Origin: Felis catus
Taxonomy: Eukaryota
Length of the DNA: 64,000 nucleotides
NCBI RefSeq assembly: GCF_018350175.1
Contig: NC_058369.1
Location: 16,804,001 to 16,868,000, forward strand
Direction of reading: 5' to 3'
The translations under genes were made by a program, and so were the position numbers. Below are positions 14,301-26,650 of this stretch, one piece after another. The notes beneath the pieces were generated by a model, which saw only the letters and a program-made list of their open reading frames with translations, was not told the DNA's origin and ran no database searches. Each line of letters opens with the position of its first letter. Position 1 is the first letter of the stretch.

Positions 14301-15030
14301 TAGTTTTTATCTTTAAAAAAAGACATGTATATTCTTTGGGATTTTCGTCTGTGATATATATAAGATATATACAAGATATATATATTAGATATATATCATC
14401 TGTGAATAAAGACAGTTTTACTTTTTCCTTTCCAATCTGGATGCCTTTAATTTTTTCCTCCCTTATTACACTGGCTGGAACCTCCAATACAATGTTGTGT
14501 ACAAGTGGCAAAAGTAGACATCCTTGCCTTGTTCTCAGTCTTAGGGAGGAAAACGTACAGTCTTTTACCATTAAATATGTTAAGCTGTGGATTTTTCATT
14601 AGTGACCTTTTTCAATTGAGGAAGTTTTATTCTCTTCTTAGTTTGTCGGGAGTTTTTGTCATGAATGGGTATTAGATTTCATCAGAGGTATTTCCTGCAT
14701 CTGTTGAGATGATCATGTGATTTTTGTCCTTTAACCTGTTATTATGGCATATAACAGTGATTTTTTAAGATGTTGATCCAACATTGCATTTCTGGGATAA
14801 ATCCCACTCAGCCATGGTTTTATAATCCTTTTTCTGTTGCTGGATGTGGCTTGCTAATATTTTGTTAAGTATTTTTCTATCTGTGTTCACTAGAGATGTT
14901 TTCTATAGTTTTCCCTTTTTGTGATGTCTTTGGCTGGTAATACTGCCCTCATGGGAGGAGTGAAGTGTTTCTTACTCCTCTGTTTCTGAAAGAGTATGTG
15001 AAGGATTGGTGTTATTTTTTAAATATTTGA
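11390..15030 (-). mobile_element. Old LINE-1 (L1M-type) 3' part, antisense, interrupted by Can-SINEs
   Basis: Typical antisense L1 3'UTR/ORF2 text. Degenerate ORF2 peptide [50 protein letters not shown] at 14272-14571. SINEs inserted at ~11712, 12280, 12660, 13820 and 14080. Confidence 0.9.
11712..11928 (-). mobile_element. Young SINEC_Fc
   Basis: Near-identical to the other young copies, CpGs intact. TSD cagcagcttgt. Confidence 0.95.
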
Positions 15031-15372
15031 GCGGTGCCTGGGTGACTCAGTCGGTTAAACATCTGACTTTAGCTCAGGTCACGATCTTGCCATTCCCGAG
15101 TTCAAGCCCTGCGTCAGGCTCTGTGCTGACAGCTCAGAGCCTGGAGCCTGTTTCAGATTCTGTGTCTCCCTCTCTCTCTGCCCCCCCCCCCCCCCGCTAG
15201 CACTCTGTCTCTGTCTCTGTCTCTGTCTCTGTCTCTGTCTCTCAAAAATAATAAACATTTTTTTTAAATTTAAAATATTTGAGGGGCACCTAGGTGGGTC
15301 AGTCAGTTAAGGGTCTCACTCTTGGTTTTGGCTCAGGTCATGGTCTCATGGTTTGTGAGTTCGAGCTCCGTG
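15029..15372 (+). mobile_element. Can-SINE followed by a 3'-truncated Can-SINE
   Basis: The first copy has a poly-C/(TCTCTG)n expansion and TSD aaatatttga. The second copy stops abruptly after gagttcgagctccgtg. Confidence 0.85.
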
Positions 15373-15559
15373 TTTTCTTCACTTGCCTGGTGACCCCCTG
15401 AGGGTAGGCATCTGCTTCTCTTAGGGAGTTGGATCCTTACGGTTCAGGAAATTCTTGCCCCTTCAGCAGGGATTGAGATTACCCTCTCTCCCTTCTCTGG
15501 TGATGCTCCCATCTCTTTGTCTCAAAGATCATCTCTGTTCTCCACACTTGTACTGCCCA

Positions 15560-16140
15560 CCTCCCCCTTTTTCTTACTTCCAAGTGTAAGAGGCCTTAGA
15601 GCTCTGTCCTGGGCTCTGACTTCATCCCATACATTCTCCCCCTAGCTGATCTTGCCCTTTCTCTTGTGTGAAGAAGGCATCTGGAGTCCATCTCTAGACG
15701 GGCACAGATTCTCATAGTCACTTGGATGTGTCCCAATATGACCATGTGCAAGTGGAGCCTCAACTCGTCATCCCCTAGTTTTCTCCACCCTAGGAGTGTA
15801 TCATTTCTCATCTTCCCAGTTGCTCACTCAGGAACCTAGTGGTGGGTTTCGGATTGGGGAAGGGATGAGAGTCATTTGTCTTTTTCTTCTCCATCAGCTA
15901 AGCCACGGCCTAGTTCTGTTGACTCTACCTCCAGTCCAGTTCTGTCTGCTGCCTCCATGCGAGTCCACACCATCAGCACATCCCTTGGAACCTGGATCAC
16001 TATAATGGTTTCCTAACTGGTCTCCCTGCTTCCACCCTTGTGCTTCCTGCAGTCTATAGGCAGCAGAGCAGCCAGAGTGAAATTGTAAAGCTGTAAATCA
16101 GATCTTGTCACTACCCTGCTCAGACCTCTCCAGAGGCTCC
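15560..16140 (+). mobile_element. Degenerate LINE-2 fragment
   Basis: L2-like phrases (cctaactggtctccctgcttccacccttg...agcagccagagtga...aaatcagatcttgtcact). Confidence 0.55.
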
Positions 16141-16281
16141 CTAGGGCCTCAGGCCCTGTTCTGTTGGGATGGTTTAGGGAGCAGTTCAGACACAGCTCTT
16201 GTAACAGATAAGATGTGTGGCCCCAGAGATGGAGGGCATAGGACACTTAGCTCCTCCACCCCAAGCAGAGCTCTCCTTGGT

Positions 16282-16483
16282 TCTTTATTTTTTTATTATT
16301 ATTATTTTTTAACGTTTATTTATTTTTGAGACAGAGAGAGACAGGGAGACACAGAATCTGAAACAGGCTCCAGGCTCTGAGCGGTCAGCACAGAGCCTGA
16401 CGCGTGGCTTGAACTCACGGACCACGAGATCATGACCTGAGCCGAAGTCGGCCGCTTAACCGACTGAGCCACCCAGGCGCCCC
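16282..16483 (-). mobile_element. Can-SINE
   Basis: SINEC body flanked by TSD tctccttgg(t/c)tcttta. Confidence 0.9.
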
Positions 16484-16784
16484 TCTCCTTGGCTCTTTAT
16501 AGAGTATTTGTCCAACAGGTCTCGTTGGATCCTCCCAAAGAGACAGCAGGGATATCCCCATCTTATAGATGAGCAAACTAAAGGTGAGAGGGGGAGGAGA
16601 CCTCGCCAAGGTCACTCAACAATAAGTGGTAAACAGAAAATCAACAAGTAGATAACAAATTGTGATACATCTATACTTGGCAATAAAAGGAATGAACTAT
16701 TGATACAACATGAATGAATCTCAGAATAATAGTGCTCAGTGAAAAAGAGCCAGGCATGAAAACAATGTACGCTGTATGATTCGA

Positions 16785-17168
16785 TCTTAGTCCACTCAGG
16801 TTGCTATAACAAAATACCATAGACTGGTAGCTTATTTATTAAACAGAAATTTATTTCTCACGGTTGTGGAGGCTGGGAAGTCCACAATCAAGGGACCAGC
16901 AGATTCACTGTCTAGTGAGGTCCTGCTTCCTGGTTCACAGACAGCCAACTTTTTGTTGTGTGCGCCCTCACAAAGTGGGAGTGGAGGTGGGGGGAGGGGA
17001 CCGGGAGCTCACTGCCACCTCTTTTGTAAAGGCACAAATTCCATTCATGGGGACTCCACCCTCATGACCTAACTACCTGCCAAAGGCTCCACCTCCAAAT
17101 ACCATCACTTTAGGGATGAGGATTTCAACATACAAATTTTGAGGGGACTCAATCATCCAATCTATAGG
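16785..17168 (-). mobile_element. MaLR LTR (MLT1A-like) inserted in an old L1 3' end (~16640-17440)
   Basis: tcttagtccactcaggttgctataacaaaataccatagactgg...aggatttcaacatac is characteristic MLT1 text. Confidence 0.75.
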
Positions 17169-18248
17169 AGCTCCCATTTATATAAAACTCTGGAAATTGG
17201 AAGCTAATCTGTAGTGACATCAAGAAAGCAGTGGTTGCCTGAGAACAGCAGGGTTGGGGAAGAGGCAGGGATTATAAAGGTGCGTGAGGAAACTTTGTGG
17301 GGTGGTGGATGTGTGTACTGTTCTGATTGGTGGTGATGGTTTCACTGGTGTATACTAGGTCAAATGTATCTAAAATGCATACTTTGAATACATACGTGCA
17401 GGTTATTGTATGTCAAGTAGAGCTCAATAAAGCTCTTTTTTTTTTTTTTTTAAGGCAGCAGAACACTGACTGCAGAGAACCTCACTGCAGCTTCTGAGTC
17501 CCCAAGGGCAGCTGTGTCCTCTGGGGCTCCCAGGACTGTACGGGGTCCTGGGGGCTCTCAGGACATTGTAGTCTCCATCACACGGGGACAACCCCAGCTC
17601 AGCAGCTCCCAAGGGGTGCCTGGTATGTCCTCTGTGTAGGTAGACTTTGGGGTCCTACTTTTGCCATTTGACACAAACACTTTCCTCGACATTCCAGCAG
17701 TCCTCAAGATTATCACTGTTCGATTTCTTTATGCATACACTCACCTTATACGGACTCCTTCCCCTTTCACATAAAGAAGAAGTGTGCCTCGCTCCAGGGC
17801 ACCCCCCACTTTTGTCCTTTTCTGCTCGACTTCTCCTCACTCTCCTACCGCTTGTATCGGTAGCCCCCCAACAAAGACCCCTGCTAACACTCATGTATTT
17901 TCTTCTCTGTTGTTCTCTATATTCCTACAAACCATCTGTGTGCATCTGTCCACATGTGCGAGGTTTTGTCTGTTTTACAGAAAATGGATTCTACTGTACA
18001 TAGTTGTTGAGCCTTCTTTTCCTCGCACCTTCTGCCAAAGCTCTGATCTACCCCACGTATTTGTCCCACCGCTCATTCGGCCATTCCGCCAGCCATTCCT
18101 GGTTGCCTCTATGTTTCCAGATTTTGGCCACTTGGTTTTCTTGAAAGATGTTTTATTTTTTACACCCGTGTCTCTAATTCAGCTGGAATTATTAATAGAT
18201 GTTATATATTTTTTTCCTCCAAGTGGCAAACCAGTAAGGCCTGCCTCA

Positions 18249-18471
18249 TTTTTTTTTTAATTCTTTTTTCTAACGTTTATTTATTTTTGAGACAGAGAGA
18301 ACAGAACATGAACGGGGGAGGGTCAGAGAGAGGGAGACACAGAATCTGAAACAGGCTCCAAGTTCTGAGCCATCAGCACAGAGCCTGACCCGGGGCTCGA
18401 ACTCACAGACCGCGAAATCATGACCTGAGCTGAAGTCGGCTGCTTAACCGACTGAGCCACCCAGGCGTCCC
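18249..18471 (-). mobile_element. Can-SINE
   Basis: SINEC body flanked by TSD aggcctgcctcattt. Confidence 0.92.
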
Positions 18472-18504
18472 AGGCCTGCCTCATTTGAAAACTACCCTTT
18501 CCCA

Positions 18505-18735
18505 TGGAGCGCCTGGGTGGCGCAGTCGGTTAAGCGTCCGACTTCAGCCAGGTCATGATCTCGCGGTCCGTGAGTTCGAGCCCCGCGTCGGGCTCTGGGC
18601 TGATGGCTCAGAGCCTGGAGACTGTTTCCGATTCTGTGTCTCCCTCTCTCTCTGCCCCTTGCCCGTTCATGCTCTGTCTCTCTCTGTCCCAAAAATAAAT
18701 AAACGTTGAAAAAAAAAATTAAAAAAAAAAAAAAG
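18505..18735 (+). mobile_element. Young SINEC_Fc
   Basis: Long A tail. Perfect TSD gaaaactaccctttccca. Confidence 0.95.
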
Positions 18736-18924
18736 AAAACTACCCTTTCCCACTGAACTGCACTGCTGTCCTCATCATCCACATATGAGAGTCACCCTCT
18801 CATTGATATACAGCAACCTGGTTCCGGGTTCTTTCGTGCCCTTTACCCCTCTTCCCAGACCCAACTCACTGTTCTTTTTCAGTTTTCTTGGCTGTTCTTC
18901 AATATTTATTCTCACAAATGAAGT

Positions 18925-19770
18925 GTTTTTAAATGTTTGTTTTAATTTTTTTTTTAACCTTTATTTATTTTTCAGACAGAGAGAGACAGAGCATGAACGG
19001 GGGAAGGTCAGAGAGAGGGAGACACAGAATCTGAAACAGGCTCCAGGCTCTGAGCTGTCAGCACAGAGCCTGATGCGGGGCTCGAACTCACAGACTGCGA
19101 GATCACGACCTGAGCCGAAGTTGGACACTTAACCGACTGAGCCACCCAGGCTCCCCTAAATGTTTATTTTTGACAGAGCATGAGTGAGGGAGGGGCAGAG
19201 AGAGGGAGAGACAATCTCAAGCAGGCTCCCCATTGTCAGTGCAGAGCCTGGCATCCCACGAACCGTGAGATCATGACCTGAGCCAAAATCAAGAGTTGGA
19301 CGCTTAACCGACTGAGCCCCCCAGGCGCCCCTCTCACAAATGAATTTTAAGATGACTAGGGGCCCCTGGCTGGGTCAGCCAGTGAAGCATGCAACTCTTG
19401 ATCTCAGGGTTGTGAGTCTGAGCCCTACATTGGGTGTGGAGATCTTAAAGTCTTTAAAAAAATAAATAAATAAAAATAAGATTATTCCCTTCAAAAACAC
19501 ACAAACCCTTTTAGGATCCTAATGGATTCTAATATATTAAATTTATATATTTTGAGAAAATATTTTGGTTCAGAATTCATTTTTATTTTATTTTGAGAGA
19601 GAGAGAGAGAGAGAGTGAGCGAGCAGGGGAGGGTCAAGCTGGAGAATCCCAAGCAGGGTCCATGCCCAGTATGGAGCCTGATGCAGGGCTCAATCTCACC
19701 ACCATGAGATCGTGACCTGAGCCGAAACCAAGAGTCAGATGCTTAACTGACTGAGCCACCCAGGCACCCC
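18925..19770. mobile_element. Cluster of four Can-SINEs (one nested in the tail of another)
   Basis: Heads at ~19156(-), ~19331(-), ~19359(+) and ~19770(-). Confidence 0.85.
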
Positions 19771-20269
19771 AGGATTTATTTTTAATTAATAAGTACTGAA
19801 TTTTTAATTATGGAGATAAAGCAGCAAACAAACCAATCAAATTCCCTGCCTCTTGGAGCTTAACTTAGAAGGCTTCTCTTTCCATTTTGATTGGGCTCTA
19901 ATTTGGTTGAATTTAACCTGCAAAAATCTAGAGCTTCCTCTAGAAGCTCCCTAAACTGGGATTTTTCAGATCAGAAAAGATTTGACTTCATGTCTGCTAG
20001 TGTAACAGAGTGGGTAAAGGACACGGGATTTCAGATCCCAGGGAAGGCAGTACAAGAGGCCCGATTCCCAACATTACTATTGTTATTAGTTGCCAATAGT
20101 CTATAGAGAATTGCTTCATAAAGTGATTTTTATACCATCTTTAGGTTTAGTGTGAAGTGTACTCTGAGATTAATGAAATTAACTGAAGAGCTTTTCTTTT
20201 TCCTTGATTTTGAATTAAATAACTATCATATATAGATAGATGTGATTTTGTGTATATTTTACAGAAATA

Positions 20270-20629
20270 CAGTTCTTCCTTGACTTACCATGGGGTTATG
20301 TCCTGATTAGCCCATAAACTGAAAATACTGTAAAATGATTTAATACACCACCTAACCCACTGAGAATCTCAGCCTAGCCTAGCCTAGCTTGAACATGCTC
20401 AGGATACTTACAGTAGCCTGCAGTTGGGCAAAATCATCTAATATCAAGCGTATTTTATAACAAAGTATTAAATATTTCGTGTAATTTGGGGCACCTGGGT
20501 GGCTCAGTCAGTTAAGGACCTGACTTTGGCTCAGGTCATGATCTCTCAGTTTGTGAGTTCAAGCCCCGTGTTGGCCTCTGTGCTGACAGCTTGGAGCCTA
20601 GACCCTGCTTCTGATTTTGTGTCTCCCTC

Positions 20630-20669
<40 letters not shown>

Positions 20670-21009
20670 CCCCTTCCCACTTGCACTCTGTCTCTTCTCT
20701 CTCTCAAGAATAAACATTAAAAAAAAATTTTTTTTAAATCCATGTAATTTATTGATTGCTGTACTAAAAGTGAAAAGCAGTGTGGTAGTATGGGTGCAGG
20801 ATGGTTGTGAGCATATGAATTGTTCACCCTGTGATCACACGGCTCCTACCACCGCCCAGCATCAGGAGAGAGGATCGTACTGCATGTCGCCAGCCCAGGA
20901 AAAAATCCAAATTCAAAATTTGAAGTACAGTTTGTAGTAATGCGTGTCGCTTTGCATCATTGTCAAGGAAAATCATGAGTCAGACCATCGTTAAGTCAGG
21001 GACTGTCTG
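20270..21009 (+). mobile_element. TcMar-Tigger non-autonomous element (MER82-like) with an internal Can-SINE (~20487-20735)
   Basis: TA-flanked inverted ends (cagttcttccttgacttaccatgg / ccatcgttaagtcagggactgtctg). Internal gcctagcctagc...cagttgggcaaaatcatctaa. Confidence 0.75.
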
Positions 21010-21059
21010 TATTAACAAAGTTTAAATAACTTTGGAATGATGTCCTTTTTTAAAAAAAT

Positions 21060-21250
21060 ATTTATTTATTTTGAGAGAGCACCTGAGCGAGTAGGGGAGG
21101 GGCAAAAAGAGAAAGAGAGAGAAAATCCCAAGCAGGCTCCATGCCCAGTGTGGAGCCTGATGCAGGGCTCAGTCTCATGACCTTGAGATCACGACCTGAG
21201 CTGATAATCAAGAGTCGGGTGCTCAATCGACTGAGCCACCCATGCGTCCC
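21060..21250 (-). mobile_element. Can-SINE
   Basis: SINEC body flanked by TSD gaatgatgtccttt. Confidence 0.9.
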
Positions 21251-21269
21251 TAGAATGATGTCCTTTAAA

Positions 21270-21415
21270 GCCTTGCTACTCCAAGTGTGGTCCATTGGAC
21301 CCAGCAGCACCTGAAGGCGACTGGCAAAAGCAGATTCCCGGGGCTCGCCCAGGCCTACTGGACTGGAAGCTGTGTTTTAGGGCAAGTCCTTGGAGGACCC
21401 TTGTGTGCACCGAGC
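21270..21415 (+). mobile_element. hAT-Charlie MITE (MER5A-like)
   Basis: ctactccaagtgtggtcc...ggacccagcagca...gcagattcccggggctcgcccaggcctactg. Confidence 0.55.
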
Positions 21416-22244
21416 AGCCCCCCTCTACAGCCTAAGTAAATCTCAGCTGTGGGCCATATTGTCCTGAAATTCTCATCACCTTTCCAGGCTCTGTCTGAGA
21501 AAACTGACCTTTCCACATTTTCCCCGTCTGGGTCAAGGTTGATAATTCATATTTAGCTAGGAAATCGTTCACTTCCTCCAGCTTTTCATTCTCTGTGGCA
21601 GGGTTGTAAACAGTCATAAAGTAATATTTATTACGTATGTATGTATGTATTTGTGTCTGTATTTATTGCAAATTCTCGAATTCCATCACTCTGGTCTCTG
21701 GGTACCTGTGGCTCTTCCCCTTTCATGTCACGTGAACTCACTTTGCCCTCTCCTCTTTATCAGGCTCACGAAACGCAAGCATCTTCCTTGGTATAACAGT
21801 GTCTTCAAATTCATTTTAACAGCTGCACGATATTCCATCTACTGGATATATGACATAAGTTACTTAACCATTCCCCTCTTGGGCACTCAGGCAATTCCCT
21901 ATTTCCCAGTAGCATAAATAAACCTGCCTAAAGACCTCTACCCCCACCTTAGATAGTAGTTTAGCAATACATTCAGTTCTTATATGGCCACACACCTGGA
22001 TGCCACGTCCATTCTAGGAACTTACTGTCATCTCAGCGTTGTTTACCACAATTTCAGAACAAAACACATGGAAACGGCTTCTGTGTTCAGCAGCAGAAGT
22101 GATTTAAATCATATCTGCATCGGGCAGATAAAAAATACGTTGGATCAGAAGCAACTGAATTGCTGATATGTTTACATGAGGATAAGCTGGTTATAAAATG
22201 GAGCATATACCATGAGGTCATTTTTGTTTAAAAAATAAAACTCA

Positions 22245-22835
22245 GGGGGCACCTGGGTGGCTCAGTCGGTTGAGCGCCAAACTTTGGTTCAGGTCATGAT
22301 CTCACGGCTCATGAGTTCAAGTCCTGCGAAGGGCTTTGTGCTGACAGCTCAGAGCCTGGAGTCTGCTTCGGATTCTGTGTGTTCCTCTCTCTCTCTGCCC
22401 CACCCCTGCTCATGCTCTGTCTCTCAAGGATGAATAAACGTTAAAAAAATTAAAAAAAAAAAAAAAAAAGATTCTCTCTCTCTCCCTCTGCCCCTCCTTG
22501 CCTCAAATTAAAAAAATAATAAAATCAAAATAAAAATTGAAAACATTAAAATAAATAAATAAATAAATAAATAAATAAATATTAAATAAAGAAATAAAGG
22601 AATAAAGAAATAAAACTCAGCACCTGGGTGGCTCAGTCAGTTAAGTGTCTGACTCTTGGTTTCAGCTTGGGTCATGATCTCGTGGTTTGTAGGTTCAAGC
22701 CCCATGTCGGGCAGTGCAGAACCTGCTTGGGATTCTCTCTCTCCCTCTCTGCCTCTCCCCTGCTTGTGCACATGCTCGCTCTCTCTGTCAGTCTCTCTCT
22801 CTCTCAAAAATAAACATTAAAAAAAATAAAAAATA
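22245..22835 (+). mobile_element. Tandem/nested Can-SINEs with a (TAAA)n tail
   Basis: Heads at ~22245 and ~22620. aaataaaactca recurs at the junctions. Confidence 0.85.
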
Positions 22836-23959
22836 TAAAACTCACATGTGCGTGTGTATATCTGCACATGTATGGAGTAAAATTTGATTCCTGCAGCCAT
22901 TTAAATGTTGCCCTAGAGGTCTGTTCACCCATTGTGTTCCCACCCCCAAATCCAGTGAATGCCTCCTTCTTAATCTTGCTTCTGTGGCCCTGAAGGCTTT
23001 CAGAAGCTGCCAGGCCAAGAAACTGAGCAGTTTGGAGCCTCTGAGTTATCTCAGGGGCTGTGAGAGTGTAGCAATGTAGCAGGCCCCCGCAGGGCCTGTG
23101 GCTGGTCCTATGGGCCCCCCTCTCCTGCAGGGTATAGCATGATGGGCCAGTTTCCCCAGGCCTTGTGTGATATGCTGTTGACCATCACAGATGGGCCTGG
23201 AGCCTCCTGGGAGAAGTTCCTCAGCCCAGTGTCCAGGGCCCAAGGGGCTGGGAGGACTGGGAGTATGCCCTTTCAGGAGCAGGGGGCCAGGCAGGGAAGT
23301 GGCATGCGGGTGTGAATGAGGTGCTCGTGCCTTCTGTGGGGGCTGCAAGGGTTCGAAGTAGCCTCCAGCTGAACATCGTCTCCCCACTGTGGGGAGAGGC
23401 TCTGAGGGGCTTATTTATCCTGCTCAGCCCAAACCTACCTATTTCCCAACCCCATTCAAGGCTCACCCCCTGCAGCATCCCTCTCCTCCTCTCACCCACC
23501 AGTGGGTGCTATCCAGGATTTAGGTGGCAAGGGGGTTGGAGTGTGGGCTGCTGTTCAGTCAACCAATTTCCTGGACACGTTGTTTCCTCCCCAAGAGCTG
23601 TAGATAGTACCTGCAGCTTGCAAGGGAGTCCTGAGAAGACTGTATGGGAAGTGGCATTCATAATGCTAATGGCTAGTATTCTCATTCACAGAGAAGAGTC
23701 TTTGGCCTCCGTGGGACTATTCCTAAAAAGTCCATTTCCCCAAGGAGCTGTGCACCATAGCCCCTCAGATGAGAGAGTTTCTCCTGGCTATTTCTGTAGC
23801 AATGACTCGAAGAAGCAGGCTAGTGAGAAGGAACGAGCGTATGTCCAGTGACCAAGCATTTACTGAGCCTTCGTCATGGTGTGCCAGGCCAGACACTGCT
23901 CTTAGGGAGGGATGCCCCAGTGACCAAAGCCAGGGGGTTGCTGGTAGACAAGGAGTAAG

Positions 23960-24900
23960 TCGTGAGAGACAGTGAGGAGCCAGGGATGACACTCAGGTTT
24001 CTGGGTGAATGAAGTTGCCATCGGTTGGATTGGGATGGGCTGGAGGAAAGGCAGGTTTGGAAGGAAGATACTGAGTGTGTCGTACCCTGTGGACATCCAT
24101 GGGAAGGAGGCAGTCTGCTACACAAGTCTGGGGTTCAGGGAGAGAGAAAGGAGGGGTATAAAGGTAGCATGAAGGAACCAATGGCTGTTGAAGAAGCTGG
24201 GGCAGATTACTCTGCTTTCCTGAATCTCCAGGCCAGCCCTTGGACAGCCTCCTTCTGCCCTCAGCCCGTTTCTCTCCTCCGTCCCTGACCTGACCTCAGG
24301 GAGTCTGGGTTCCCATGATGCACAGTGGAATTGCACCCAGGGCTGCCTCACTGGTCTCCTCCCCTCAAGTCCAGCTCGTCTCTAACACTTCATTCATTCA
24401 CTCATTCAATCATTTATTTCAGAAACATTTGATTGAGCCTCTCTCCTGTGGTTCTCACCAGAGTGTGGACTGACCCCCTTGGAGGAACCTGGATATGTGA
24501 AGGGACATTTAGTTGTCACAGTGACTGGGCAGGGTGCAGGGGCGCTCAGGGTCCTGCGTGAAAAGAATTGCCCTCCTGGCATTCCAGGGGCGCCTTGTTA
24601 GAAACTCATTCCACAGCCACCTGCAGCTGGCTCCAGAGGGCCTAGCTGTGAGTAGACACAGTGTTGTCTGGCTGGCGACACAGGTAACGCCAGCTGGTTT
24701 GAGGATCATGAATGAGGAAAGAACACTTCTGCCTGGGGAAGAGCAGAGAGGCTTCCTGGAGGAGGTGACTTTGGAGCTGTGTCTTAAAGGGTGAGTAGGA
24801 TTTATAGACGGGGTGGTGCAGGAATTCCAGGCAGAGAGAAGTAGGTGTGCAAAGGCAGAGGGATACGGGGAAATACAGGAAAGGGGCGTGCTTAGGGCAG
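23960..24900. mobile_element. LINE-2 fragments with a MER20-like insert (~24448-24620)
   Basis: Degenerate L2 text (cattcattcactcattcaatcatttattt; gaggcttcctggaggaggtgac) and gtggttctca...gggacatttagttgtcacagtgactggg. Confidence 0.5.
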
Positions 24901-24967
24901 CAGAGGAAAGTGGATGGGTGAGAAGAGGTCAAGGTGGGTTGCAGGGCCCCTCTTCCCTTCTCCAGCC

Positions 24968-25089
24968 CTAGAAATTCTGCAGGATGTTGGCCACGGTGTC
25001 ATACTTGGCTTCCTGGTACGTGTAGCACAGGTGGCAGCTTGGAGCTCTCAGCTCCTGGAGTGGCTGCCCCAGAGGACCCAGCAGAATGC
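24968..25089 (-). pseudogene. NGP: NGP last exon remnant
   Basis: After ctccccag it reads HSAGSSGAATPGAESSKLPPVL, then a frameshift, then YQEAKYDTVANILQNF and TAG. The 5' boundary is approximate. Confidence 0.88.
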
Positions 25090-26409
25090 CTGGGGAGGCA
25101 GGTACAGGGAGCTGGAGAGGTGATGCTGGATAGTCAGTCCCATCATCCTCACTGACCCCCTTTCCTGCCCTGCCTATGACCCATGTCTCCCAAGGCAGGG
25201 GTGAAGAAACTGAGGCACTAGCAGCAAGGTAGGTGATAGGACTGGAAGGAGGTCCCCAGTCAGCCCTTCCCCTTGGAACCCAAAGGGCCTGGCCAGGCCT
25301 GGGCTGTGAGACTTGTTTCTCCTCTGGCTGTTCCACTCAGTGGCCAGGAGGCCCCACCTCTGGTTCCCATTTTCCCAAACGTGGGATGCAAAGGAGGGTC
25401 AGTTTCCAAGGAGTCTTGGGTCCAGAGCTCAGGGCCAGAGCACAGGCATTGTCCTGAGAACTGGGAAGCCAGGACCACCAGTGTCTCCCCACCTCACCAC
25501 CTCCCAAACCTTGGGCAGTCATCTCCTCCCCTCACCTTCTCAAGACAACTTGCCTTGAGAAGACTTTGATGAGTCTTTTCATTTCCCAGATGAGGAAACT
25601 GAGGCCCCACTGTGCTGAAGTCAATGGCCCCAGTGGTGGCCCCTCAGTGGTCTGACAGTGACCTGGCAGAAAGCCACCAGCGATGGGAACTAATCACGGG
25701 GAGGTTGGAGGAGGAAGAGGGGTGGGTGGAGGCGTGGGAAGAGTAGGGGGGAATGGAGGGAGGTAGGGAAGTTGGAGGGGAGATGGGGGGGCGGTGGGAA
25801 GGACTGAGGGAGGAGGCAGGGGAGATGGGGAGTGGGAGCGACTGGGGGAGGAGGCGGGGAGGGGAGTAGAAGGGGGCGGGACGGGTGGAGAGGCGTGGAG
25901 GAGGCGGGGCCCATCTCTGCTCCCTCCGCGGAGGCGCGGGCAGCAAGAGGGCGAGGAGGCTGGTTGGTCCCTGCTGCGGGAGCGAGCACACGGACGGGAT
26001 CCCCGTGGGAGCCCGCGTGCTGCACGACTCTCCGCGGCCCTACTCGAACCCTCCTTGAACCAGGGATGCAGACAGAGGATGACCCCGAGCCGGGCCCACA
26101 GTGGAGGCGTGCACTAAATAAAGGACGTTCAGTAAGTGATTAAATGGGAAAAGGCCTCCATAAATTAGCATGCCCGGAGGAGGCCATATTTATGGAAAAT
26201 AGAAGTGTGTACAATAGAAAAGATACAGAGGACGATACACTAACGGTTAATGTCGGTCCCTGGGTAGTGGGGTTGCAGGAGATTTAAAATTTTATTTTGC
26301 GTCTCCACATTTTGTTCATTCGCTATAATAAAACGTCATTTTCCTAATTCTATAAAAACGATGATCTCTGGGCGGATTTTGGTCCTGATTTGTTCTCTTT
26401 TTTATATTT

Positions 26410-26650
26410 AGTAATTATTTATTTATTTATTTATTATTATTTTTTTTTAACGTTTATTTATTTTTGGGACAGAGAGAGACAGAGCATGAACGGGGGAGGG
26501 GCAGAGAGAGAGGGAGACACAGAATCGGAAACAGACTCCAGGCTTTGAGCCATCAACCCAGAGCCCGACGCGGGGCTCGAACTCACAGACCGCGAGATCG
26601 TGACCTGGCTGAAGTCGGACGCTTAACCGACTGCGCCACCCAGGCGCCCC
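26410..26650 (-). mobile_element. Young SINEC_Fc inside the NGP remnant
   Basis: CpGs intact. TSD atatttagtaatt. Confidence 0.95.

Noticed and set aside
23312..23851. 179-aa + strand ORF; also checked as a possible second cathelicidin/p15-like gene
   Set aside because: No recognisable motifs, splice structure or cathelin cysteine pattern.
25395..25460. Minus-strand frame DNACALALSSGPKTPWKLTLLCIP, with two Cys, as a possible NGP exon 3
   Set aside because: Cys spacing is roughly plausible, but there is no convincing similarity to recalled exon 3 (EERNCTGKFF...) and the donor is weak. Cannot be supported without an alignment.
25644..26143. Pro-rich and Gly-rich ORFs on both strands
   Set aside because: A by-product of the low-complexity G-rich tract.
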